NCBI GenBank assembly: GCA_043753995.1
Contig: JAYUVP010000145.1
Location: forward strand, 1-36,820
DNA: 36,820 nt
Source of the DNA: Fibrobacterota bacterium
GTDB taxonomy: Bacteria > Fibrobacterota > Fibrobacteria > UBA11236
Reading direction: 5' to 3'
This document shows positions 8,293-16,649 of the stretch, one piece after another. How positions within the stretch are numbered: the stretch's first letter is position 1; each line of letters opens with the position of its first letter. The translations under genes and the position numbers were made by a program. The notes under the pieces are model-generated. The model searched no databases. It was not told the DNA's origin and saw only the letters and a list, made by a program, of their open reading frames with translations.

Positions 8293-9698
8293 ACCGTCAC
8301 GTCTCTCATCGATTCGGCGCACCTAGCTGGCAACGAATCGCGGCCTTCCTGATCGCGGCTTTGTTGGTCTTGCCCACGGCCCTATATACGGGCTGCGAAG
8401 GCGGTAGCACGGGTGTCGAAAACCCCGGCCTGGCGGAATTGCCGGTGGATTTCCGCAATGAAGCGGGCGATATGGCGCTTGCCCAAGGCATTCTTGAGAT
8501 TTATGACCGGGATCACAATCCCGCCGTGGCCTCGGAGCCCTTACTGCGCATTGAGGTTGTGAACCAAACCGGTCTAAGGCTGACCCACCAAGATTTCGAT
8601 CGGATTGGGGCCGCACGCGTTCTTAAGAATGCCGCGGCAGCATCGAAACGCTCCGCCAGCGCGGGGGTCGGCTTGACCCGTTCCACAGAATTGGACAGCC
8701 TCATCCATTTCAACCTTGTCTTCCGCAGCGGATCCGGATCCGGCGCGGTCGCCACCGGATTGAGCTATGACCCTGGCCGCAAGGTTTTCGACCTAAACTC
8801 GGTCGGCGCTGCTTGGAGCGTAAGACTAATACCCAAGCCTCTCCAGAGATTCTCCGCTCGCCTCCACCGCGAAGTCGTGCACGGAAACCTAGGAAGGGTC
8901 TTCCTACCGGGCACGCCCTTCCAAGCGACCTTGGTAGATAGCGATTTCGTGCTGCAAAATTTGCCGCAAGGGCGGTTCGGAATGCGTATGCTCGGCGGCG
9001 GCGGATACGTCTACGCGGTCCGCGAAACCCTCGATACCAAGGCCGGCCATTTCTTCACCGCCGTGCCCGAACCGATTGGACGTGTGGATTCAACCCTTGC
9101 CCCCCTTGGCTTTGGTGTCGACGCCGGCGGACAACTTAACGCCAACATGCAAGAAATCACCCCTCTGCAAGGCCAGCTTCTGGGGGCGGACTCCAATGAC
9201 AGCCGTCTTTCCATCGTATGGCGAGTGCTGAGATCTCTGTCTACCGATTCGGCATGGATAGCCGAGCCTACGCGACTCAATACGCAAATCCTCTTTCCGA
9301 CGGCAGGAGGTTTTTTCGTGGAATTGGCGGCCACCTTGGGTGCGACCACGGTCAGAGATACCGTGCAGTATAAGTCGGTACTGGTCATCAGCCCTGCGCC
9401 CGCGAAACTCGTTTCACCCCAACCCGGCGATAGTCTCCGCCAGGGTCAAGGGTACAAAGTCACGGTGAGCACATCCCTCACTGGGCTTGCGCGCCTAGAA
9501 TACGCTTATAAGGATGGAGCCGAGGGGACCTGGGTGATTGCGGTCGATAGCGTTGTCATCGCGCCTGGGGCGAACCCCACCCTATGGACGCCTCCCGTCC
9601 TCGGGAAGGATGCGTTACCGTACCTGTTACGTTACCGAATGATCCCATCCGATTCGCTGCTGGTGCAGATTTCCGGGCCATTCTTCTTGATCCCGTGA
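8289..9698 (+). CDS. Lipoprotein, beta-rich with probable Ig/PKD-like modules, coupled to the TIGR02147 gene
   Basis: ATGA 4-bp overlap with the upstream stop. Hydrophobic stretch then LYTG-C followed by EGGSTGVENP. VDAGG...LQG resembles the start of a PKD-like module. Confidence 0.8.
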   Translation: MNRHVSHRFGAPSWQRIAAFLIAALLVLPTALYTGCEGGSTGVENPGLAELPVDFRNEAGDMALAQGILEIYDRDHNPAVASEPLLRIEVVNQTGLRLTHQDFDRIGAARVLKNAAAASKRSASAGVGLTRSTELDSLIHFNLVFRSGSGSGAVATGLSYDPGRKVFDLNSVGAAWSVRLIPKPLQRFSARLHREVVHGNLGRVFLPGTPFQATLVDSDFVLQNLPQGRFGMRMLGGGGYVYAVRETLDTKAGHFFTAVPEPIGRVDSTLAPLGFGVDAGGQLNANMQEITPLQGQLLGADSNDSRLSIVWRVLRSLSTDSAWIAEPTRLNTQILFPTAGGFFVELAATLGATTVRDTVQYKSVLVISPAPAKLVSPQPGDSLRQGQGYKVTVSTSLTGLARLEYAYKDGAEGTWVIAVDSVVIAPGANPTLWTPPVLGKDALPYLLRYRMIPSDSLLVQISGPFFLIP

Positions 9699-9708
9699 AG
9701 TCGGTCGT

Positions 9709-10854
9709 TCATCGTACCTTCAGTATGCGTCCATCGGCGCCAATGGGATTTCCCTCCGTAGTTTGCAAATGCCTTTGGCCCGAAGCCGACAAAAATCGAA
9801 TGGGCTTTGGGCCGCTTTTCTTCATTGAAATCGATGTGATACCTGTCGCTTCTCTTCGAAATAATCCTTCCTTGGTCAAGACCAAGGTCGTGCCTTTATT
9901 CGAAACCCAGATATCTTCTATATGCAAGTCGCTCATGCCTTGATTGTCCCGAACCCAGGTTTTCCCTCTATCCACACTGAAAAAGAGCCCATTGCCCCAA
10001 GTGCCTAACCAGAGCGTGGTTCGATCCGTTTGAATGACATGTCCCACGGTGAAAGCCGAAATACCATATTCGGAAACTCCATTTATCCAATGTTGAATCG
10101 CCTTCAAAGAATCACTTGGGCTGCCGATGGGGATTTCCACAAGGCTGGGATAACCGCTGGTTCTGCCGGCCAATAACCAAACAACTTCTTGAAAGGATTG
10201 CCTTTCCAAAGCGAGATTGGAAGTGCGACCCGTCACAAGCTTTCCTTTCAGGAGGGTGTCCATGGCGGTCCAAGTATTTCCACCGTCATGGCTGAAGAGA
10301 GACGGACCGGATTCGGAACTCGAAAAAACCAGATCATTCCACGTGGCTTGAAGGTCGAGTACGTAACCAAAAGTTCTTCCGTCGTGAACCATTTTCCAAG
10401 TCTTGGCCGTATCGGGGGAAAGGAATAGGATATCATTCATGCTTCCCGTTATAATTCCAGGATCATTCAGAACACATAATGCCGAAGGCTGTCTGCCGCT
10501 GGCAATAGAATCGGACCAGGTCCGGCCGCTATCGAGACTGAACTTGGCTCCCCAGGCGATGATTTCGTTGGATGGGCTTACCGACAGGGGCAGAGGTCGA
10601 ACCCGGACATAGTTTTTTTGATAGGCAATGGCTTTCCAGGTCTTGCCTTCTGAATCGCCGACGAATAAGGAATCGCCAAAGGTGGCATAAGGGATGCCAC
10701 TATAACTCGAAGCGAAGCGTGAACCGGCCTTGGTCGCGCGCAATCCGAATGAAGTATCAGGTGCCCAGGAGGCGGGAGTAGGAATCGCGGTCCAAACACC
10801 CTGGGCAGAAAGAGTGATGCCGCTCCACAGGACAGCCATTAAGAAAAAAAGCAT
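9709..10854 (-). CDS. Secreted BNR/Asp-box repeat (YCF48/sialidase-like beta-propeller) protein
   Basis: Signal peptide MLFFLMAVLWSGITLSA. Asp-boxes GDSEGKTW, SLDSGRTW, SPDTAKTW, SHDGGNTW and SVDRGKTW. Basic C-terminal tail ending ADGRILKVR. Confidence 0.8.
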   Translation of the reverse strand: MLFFLMAVLWSGITLSAQGVWTAIPTPASWAPDTSFGLRATKAGSRFASSYSGIPYATFGDSLFVGDSEGKTWKAIAYQKNYVRVRPLPLSVSPSNEIIAWGAKFSLDSGRTWSDSIASGRQPSALCVLNDPGIITGSMNDILFLSPDTAKTWKMVHDGRTFGYVLDLQATWNDLVFSSSESGPSLFSHDGGNTWTAMDTLLKGKLVTGRTSNLALERQSFQEVVWLLAGRTSGYPSLVEIPIGSPSDSLKAIQHWINGVSEYGISAFTVGHVIQTDRTTLWLGTWGNGLFFSVDRGKTWVRDNQGMSDLHIEDIWVSNKGTTLVLTKEGLFRREATGITSISMKKSGPKPIRFLSASGQRHLQTTEGNPIGADGRILKVR

Positions 10855-11072
10855 AGAATCCCCTCGCGATTGGATTTCGAAATACAGTAGGAAGCTTATC
10901 CTGGTAGGGTCGGCATTAATTGAAGTCTCTCCGAATTGTCGTTGCCAAATGTGAACGGAACAAGGGGGGGCGGAGTGAAAGGGACCGATTCCTTACGGGA
11001 GACGGGTAAAGTACGCTTGGGCAGGCTAAATTCAAGCCCGCAAACTAAAAATCATTTCGGAGTAATCCATCC

Positions 11073-11660
11073 ATGAGTAAACCGAATCCCAAGACTGACT
11101 TTTATTTCAGCAAATCCGAAAAGTGGCAAAAGGAAATGAAGAAGCTGCGGACTATCGCTCTCGGCAGCGGACTAACGGAAGAATTGAAGTGGGGTTGCCC
11201 CAGTTACACGCTTGATAAAGCCAACATTGTTTTAATCCATGAATTCAAGAAATACTGCGCGTATCTGTTTTTCAAAGGGGCCTTGATGAAAGATCCCAAA
11301 GGCATTCTCATCCAGCAAACGAAGAATGTGCAGGCGGCTCGCCAGATTCGCTTCACCCATCTCCAAGAAATCACCAAGTTGGAAACCACCTTGAAGTCCT
11401 ATATCCTGGAAGCCATTGCGGTGGAAAAGGCCGGATTGAAAGTGGAATTGAAAAAGACCAAGGACTTCCCGGTACCCAAGGAATTCCAAAGCCGATTGGA
11501 TTCAATCCCTGCCTTGATGCGTGCCTTCAAAGCCTTGACTCCGGGACGGCAAAAGGGATACCTACTGCATTTTTCCTCAGCCAAACAAAGCAAGACCCGG
11601 GAGGCGAGAGTCGAAAAGTGCATCCCACTCATTCTCGATGGCATTGGATTAGATGACTAA
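11073..11660 (+). CDS. YdeI/OmpD-associated family protein (DUF1801 + OmdA-like)
   Basis: LTEELKWGCPSY, FFKGALMKDP, NVQAARQIRF and FKALTPGRQKGY...AKQSKTR match B. subtilis YdeI-like proteins. GGAG SD present. Confidence 0.9.
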   Translation: MSKPNPKTDFYFSKSEKWQKEMKKLRTIALGSGLTEELKWGCPSYTLDKANIVLIHEFKKYCAYLFFKGALMKDPKGILIQQTKNVQAARQIRFTHLQEITKLETTLKSYILEAIAVEKAGLKVELKKTKDFPVPKEFQSRLDSIPALMRAFKALTPGRQKGYLLHFSSAKQSKTREARVEKCIPLILDGIGLDD

Positions 11661-12687
11661 AATTGATCTCAAAAATAAATCGGCTGCTTTGCAAGATGAT
11701 TTGTCGTTTTTGGACCAGAGCACATTCACCCAAATCAAATCACTTCATCAAATCCATGTGATTTTTCATTTGGGCTATCTCTTTTATCCTTTACTGATGG
11801 GCTTCGGTTTTAGCCTTTGTTATCGAGCCATTTTTGGGCCAAGTTACGGTTTAAAATGGAATCTAGCAGTCTACCTCGTGGGATTAGTTACCGCGACCCT
11901 CGGAATGAACAGTTGTTTTTTGCTGATTCACGAGGCGACTCATCGAGTGCTTTTTCGGTGGAAATGGTTGAATGATGGGGCCGGTGTATTTCTCGCCCTA
12001 TTGGGCGGAATCTCGTTTACAGCCTACCAGGCATTGCACCTTGCCCATCATGACGGCTTAGGTGGACCAAATGATCCTGACGAATACGCGAACTATACCA
12101 CAAATAAGCGCTTGCTCTGGAGAATGCATTGGGGACGGTTGCTCTTTGGAACCCTCCTTTATGTGGTGGTTTTTCCATGGGTTTCGATGAAGGTCTCGAC
12201 GCGACGGGAGAAATTTTTCATTGTTATAGAATATTGTTTTTTAATTGTATGTATGGGGATTTTATATGATCAGGGAGGATTAGGTGAGGCCTTCCTTGTT
12301 TGGCTTCCTTGCATGGTAATGACCAATTTTTTAATCAATATTCGTGGGTTTACCCAACATGGTTTTTCAAATCCTATGGATCCGTTTTTAGCCAGCCGTT
12401 CGGTACTGGCGCCTCGTCTCATTCGATTTTTCCTAATTAATGAGAATTTTCACTTGGAGCACCATTTGTTTCCCGGCGTGCCTGGTTATAGCCTCGCAAA
12501 GCTGCACCGTTTGCTTTCTACGGAATTGCCGTATCGATTGGTCATTCCCTCCTACGCGCAGTTTATTTTTCAGTTTATTAGGCAATCACGCACCTACGAT
12601 GAAAGCATCATCGGCACTATTCTGACAGCAGAAAGTCCATCACTCTATCAAAATCAAGCCGGTCCATACCCAAACGCGGCGAAATAA
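11653..12687 (+). CDS. Membrane fatty-acid desaturase/hydroxylase family protein
   Basis: His boxes HEATH, HLAHH and HLEHH(LFP), with multiple transmembrane segments. Overlaps the upstream stop by 8 bp. Confidence 0.9.
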   Translation: MTKIDLKNKSAALQDDLSFLDQSTFTQIKSLHQIHVIFHLGYLFYPLLMGFGFSLCYRAIFGPSYGLKWNLAVYLVGLVTATLGMNSCFLLIHEATHRVLFRWKWLNDGAGVFLALLGGISFTAYQALHLAHHDGLGGPNDPDEYANYTTNKRLLWRMHWGRLLFGTLLYVVVFPWVSMKVSTRREKFFIVIEYCFLIVCMGILYDQGGLGEAFLVWLPCMVMTNFLINIRGFTQHGFSNPMDPFLASRSVLAPRLIRFFLINENFHLEHHLFPGVPGYSLAKLHRLLSTELPYRLVIPSYAQFIFQFIRQSRTYDESIIGTILTAESPSLYQNQAGPYPNAAK

Positions 12688-13796
12688 ATGCCCCATTGAG
12701 AGCGAATGAGGTCAAGTTCTCTTTCGGTAAGAGGCTGCAATAGGTTGGGCTTGTAATTCCGAGTGGATTCGAGATACTTTTCAAAATGCAGACGAGATAG
12801 GCTAAGGTGATCCCATCCAAAATGTTGAAAAATGGAAGCTAGGGTTTCGAAGGGATGGGTTGTCAAATTTTCGAATTTTAATTCAAAAAGGTTGCCCTTC
12901 GGAATCAAATGTTTTTGTTTGAAATAGGCTTGGTATAGCTTTGTATAGCGATTTAAAATGTCTTCCTCCACCCATTTCCAATCCATAGATTGGAAATTAT
13001 TGTAGGGAAAAAAGGATTCGGCAATGTGCTTTGAGGATTGAAAAACCTTAAACGGATTTCTCGCAATGTGGACAAATTTGGCATTCGGATATTTGGAGAG
13101 AATCAATTCGATGCGGGCCGTATGCCCCGGTGATTTTAAAAGCAATCGTTTTCCAGGGTAACGAAGTGCAAGTCGAAGGATGAAATCATTCATGACCTCT
13201 AAAAATTTTTCCTTTTCGTGAGGTGAAGTATCCTCAAAAGTCAAATATCTTGAATAATATTCCCGATGAATCGGAAATCCGACACCCAAATAAGGGGAAG
13301 ATAGGCCAGCTAAGGCCATTGCGAACTCGTCTTCACCAGGCAGGCGTGCTCCTAAGGGCAGGCTGTCCATGGGTCTCGTTTTGGGTATTAGGCGGTCAAG
13401 GAGCCGACTTCCCCATTTTTCAGTGAGCAGGAAAGACTCCGGATTCATAACTTGATATACGGTCGGAGTTGCAAATCTGTCGACATCGTTACCCAGTAAA
13501 TAATGCAGATGTGTTGTTCCAGAGCGCCAATGGCCTAGGATAAAGATGATTTCAGGCAATGGGTCGTGCCGGGTTCGGAAAGACTGGATTTGCTTTGAGA
13601 ATTTTTTTTCAGCAAGGAATTTTCAAAATGAGTTTCCAATGCTTGCAACGGTCACGGCTAAAATGCGATGGAAAAAAAGGGGATTCAACGAGGGGAAATG
13701 CCTCCGCAATAGTCGAATCCACTGAGGAAAACAAATTCCATAGAAAAAATTGTTCTTTAGACTTAAGTTAAGCTTCCGTTTCGTTGTCAAATCCAT
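12654..13796 (-). pseudogene. Stf3-like PAPS sulfotransferase interrupted by a single in-frame TGA (13623-13625)
   Basis: Track ORFs 13623..13883 and 12654..13559 are in the same frame. From ATG 13796: MDLTT...GICFPQWIRLLRRHF...ASIGNSF*KFLAEKKFSKQIQSFRTRHDPLPEIIFILGHWRSGTTHL. 5'-PSB GHWRSGTT, plus RPMD, EDEF, LLKSPGHT and 3'-PB ARNP. From memory it resembles mycobacterial Stf3. Family confidence is high; pseudogene versus sequencing error versus readthrough is unresolved. Confidence 0.75.
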
Positions 13797-13818
13797 CGCC
13801 TCCCAGGGGATAATAGCT

Positions 13819-14598
13819 ATGAAAAAATATGGTTTTGTGTTTTGCCTTCTTTTGCTTCCGCTTTTAGGGTGCGGTGAATACAATTATGTTCGAGTAAAAC
13901 CGGCCATCCCTATCGGGAAGTCAGGTGATTTGACGCCGGAAGGTCAAGAGGTCGAAGCCCACCTGAACACCCTTGCCACCAATCGGGCTTGTATTGCCCA
14001 CTTCAAAAAATCTTTCAAAAAAGTCGTCATTCAGGTCTTAGATGCCGATAGTCTTACCTTCACCGTTACTTTTCACGATTCTACGGCAACGTTGGAACGC
14101 GGGACCCATACTGATTCCGGAGTCTCCCAAGTGCTTCCCCTCTATCGCGGTAACCTAGCCAATTTAGTGGGGATTTTTTCTGACAATATCGTCACCGAGG
14201 AAGAAAATTATCGAATTCATCGGGCCACTTTTGGGACTTCCCTTCACTCCATATTCCAAGTGCCCGCTCTCTATCAACCCAAGGTCGCGAAGCGGTTGAA
14301 GCTTCCCAACTTTATCCAAATGACCTTAAAAAATGATTCGGGCTACCTTTTTATGGGATCCAAAGAACCGGCAACGGCTACCATGGTGAATGTGAATGGC
14401 CAATGGCTGGTTTTTCAAGGTGCGCAAGGGGATCCCGATGTCATTTATCAAGTAACGCCAAAGGATTTATCTGATTTTAATCAGTTGATATTTGGAACAA
14501 CCGATGTCGCAAAGTTGCCGATGAAGGACGCTTTGAAAAAAGTCGATGAAATCAAATCTTTTCTGGATCGAATCACGACCCATCGAAAGAACGGCTAA
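13819..14598 (+). CDS. Lipoprotein of unknown function, possible SCP2-like lipid-binding fold
   Basis: ATG 13819 with AGGGGA SD. MKKYGFVFCLLLLPLLG-C lipobox. Two beta-beta-G segments (TFTVTFHDSTATLERG; TMVNVNGQWLVFQGAQGDPDVIYQV) are reminiscent of SCP2; the fold is inferred only. Confidence 0.78.
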   Translation: MKKYGFVFCLLLLPLLGCGEYNYVRVKPAIPIGKSGDLTPEGQEVEAHLNTLATNRACIAHFKKSFKKVVIQVLDADSLTFTVTFHDSTATLERGTHTDSGVSQVLPLYRGNLANLVGIFSDNIVTEEENYRIHRATFGTSLHSIFQVPALYQPKVAKRLKLPNFIQMTLKNDSGYLFMGSKEPATATMVNVNGQWLVFQGAQGDPDVIYQVTPKDLSDFNQLIFGTTDVAKLPMKDALKKVDEIKSFLDRITTHRKNG

Positions 14599-14604
14599 TT
14601 TAAA

Positions 14605-15273
14605 ATGCCATCTTTGGCTGAAGGGCTGGGGATGGCCAATCGATGGGTGATTTCCACCCTTGGCTTTCCTGCGTCAGTCTATTGCTGGTATCAATTCACC
14701 GGCGATTGGGTGCAAACAAGCATGGTGCTTGGAACGCCCCTTTGTTTCGGATATTTGATTGGTTTCGTGGCCATATTGAAAATGCGTTTTTGGGCTATGA
14801 ATACCAAGCTTTCCTTTCGCGGCATGCCGATGAACCAAGGCTTTATATATGCGAGCGGCATGTCATTGATTTTTTTAGGATTGGCCACCGCGATTCCACA
14901 GGACGGCATTCTGGGAAAAGTTTCCATCGCCCTAATCGATGGATTTGTCTTGGCTGTATTTGGCTTTGTGGTGGACTATAGCGGAGTTGTCAGCGGAAGA
15001 ATTCGTCTCAATAATCCCCCCTTTCGGCAAGGGAAGGGCGCGTTTGAGATCGTCTCTTACTATGCCTTTATTTGTTTCGGACTGATGGGGCTATCCTATG
15101 CTTTGGCTGTTTTTTCAGTGCTGGCCTGCGCAAGTCAAACGCAAACTTGGCAAAGAAATGTTACTGTGGAAATTGCAGCGCTGGCATTAACTGTGTTTCC
15201 TTCGTCTGCGGCCTACTTTTATCTGGAATATTTTTCCAAATCGGCGCGAAGCGCCCCTCGACGGCAGGTTTAA
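14605..15273 (+). CDS. Integral membrane protein (about 6 TM), unknown function
   Basis: 222-aa hydrophobic ORF packed between the lipoprotein (6-bp gap) and the P450 (1-bp gap). Confidence 0.8.
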   Translation: MPSLAEGLGMANRWVISTLGFPASVYCWYQFTGDWVQTSMVLGTPLCFGYLIGFVAILKMRFWAMNTKLSFRGMPMNQGFIYASGMSLIFLGLATAIPQDGILGKVSIALIDGFVLAVFGFVVDYSGVVSGRIRLNNPPFRQGKGAFEIVSYYAFICFGLMGLSYALAVFSVLACASQTQTWQRNVTVEIAALALTVFPSSAAYFYLEYFSKSARSAPRRQV

Positions 15274-15274
15274 A

Positions 15275-16636
15275 ATGAATTCGGTTCGGCCTGCAAGAGT
15301 TTCATTTCTCGACTCCATTCGGTTTCTCACCGATCCACTGGGCTGTTCTCCAATCCTTTATAAAAAGTATGGAGCCGTGGCACAATTATCCGATTTCACC
15401 AAAGGCCTGATTTGCGTTTTCCATCCGGGCATATCCCATGAAATCAGCATGCAATACCATGCTTTCGTGCGCCTGACCATGGAGAATTTGCCGGTGCGTT
15501 TTGAAACGGATACAGCGGCTTGTCGCATGCTTTCGGGTATGTTGTCTCTACAAAATGGTGAGAAGCACCGGTCCTTGAGGCGTGAGCTTTTATCCGCCTT
15601 AGATGCCAACCATTTAAAGCAATACCTCGTAGATACCCAGGAAAAGGCTTGTCCTTCCTTGCAGAGCCTGCCTTATAGGAAGGGCTATCAAGATCTTGGC
15701 GAGTTCTGCCATCAGTTGGCCATGCAAGTTTCTTTCGCGACCTTATTCGGTTTTTCCAAAAACGAGGAGACCCTTAAACTTTTCAAATGCTTTAAACTCT
15801 GGCTCTCCGAAGGGTTTTCTCCATGGGTTGTGATTTTCCCTTTTGACTTGCCTTTCGCCCCGTATCGGAGAATTCTTGCGGCCAGCGAAAATCTTGAACG
15901 CCAATTGATTCAGACCTTGCATCACCAAAAAGAGTCGCAGCATTCTCTCATCAAGATTGTCTTCGGCGAAGACTGGAAAAACGGAATTACCCAAGAACTG
16001 ACGAGTCGCATCGCTGGTTATCTACAAGCCAGTTATGAACCCATTGCCAATACCTTATTTTGGACTATTGTATTCTTGAACCGTTACCCCAGGGTTGCAT
16101 TTCAAGTTATCCAAGAAATACAGGCGATAGGCCAAAGGGATTTGAGTCTATATGATTTGAATCAGTTGGAGTATACCCGCTCCGTTGTGCTTGAATCGAT
16201 TCGGCTTATCCCACCGATTTTGATTTCGCCGCGATATGTTTCAGAAGAAAGTGTGATAAATGGGTTTCGTTTTATTCCCGGGGATAGGGTGATGGTTGGG
16301 CCAGGACTTTCGCATCGAGTACCGGAAGCCTTTGATTCGCCGCTTCATTTTGATCCAAATCGTTTTCAGGAAGGAGTGGGGCCAACTTTTTCCGGGTTTG
16401 GAACCGGGTTACGGCGATGTCCGGGCGAGCATTTCGGAATGAATGTTGTCTTGGTTCTGCTTTACCATTGGCTTAGCCGCTCCTTTCCTGAGATTCAATC
16501 CGGTACCCATATTCAGACCTCCGGACTCATTATCAGCAACCCCAAAAACCCGGTGCCTTTTCATCCTATTCCTTTGGCAGAGCATTCGGCTATTCCTGTA
16601 AAAATGTCAGGCAAGGCCATCCGTCGAATTGACTAA
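15275..16636 (+). CDS. Cytochrome P450 with atypical I-helix
   Basis: K-helix ESIR (ExxR), FDPNRF (PERF-like) and heme ligand FGTGLRRCPG. The I-helix reads QASYEPI instead of AGxET. Confidence 0.92.
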   Translation: MNSVRPARVSFLDSIRFLTDPLGCSPILYKKYGAVAQLSDFTKGLICVFHPGISHEISMQYHAFVRLTMENLPVRFETDTAACRMLSGMLSLQNGEKHRSLRRELLSALDANHLKQYLVDTQEKACPSLQSLPYRKGYQDLGEFCHQLAMQVSFATLFGFSKNEETLKLFKCFKLWLSEGFSPWVVIFPFDLPFAPYRRILAASENLERQLIQTLHHQKESQHSLIKIVFGEDWKNGITQELTSRIAGYLQASYEPIANTLFWTIVFLNRYPRVAFQVIQEIQAIGQRDLSLYDLNQLEYTRSVVLESIRLIPPILISPRYVSEESVINGFRFIPGDRVMVGPGLSHRVPEAFDSPLHFDPNRFQEGVGPTFSGFGTGLRRCPGEHFGMNVVLVLLYHWLSRSFPEIQSGTHIQTSGLIISNPKNPVPFHPIPLAEHSAIPVKMSGKAIRRID

Positions 16637-16649
16637 GTCCATGCTGGGA

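Noticed and set aside
13623..13625. Selenocysteine or genetic code 4/25 explanation for the in-frame TGA
   Set aside because: The position appears to correspond to a hydrophobic non-catalytic residue, I see no convincing SECIS-like hairpin directly 3', and TGA terminates many genes here at their expected ends (trmL, ndh, tal, sigma).
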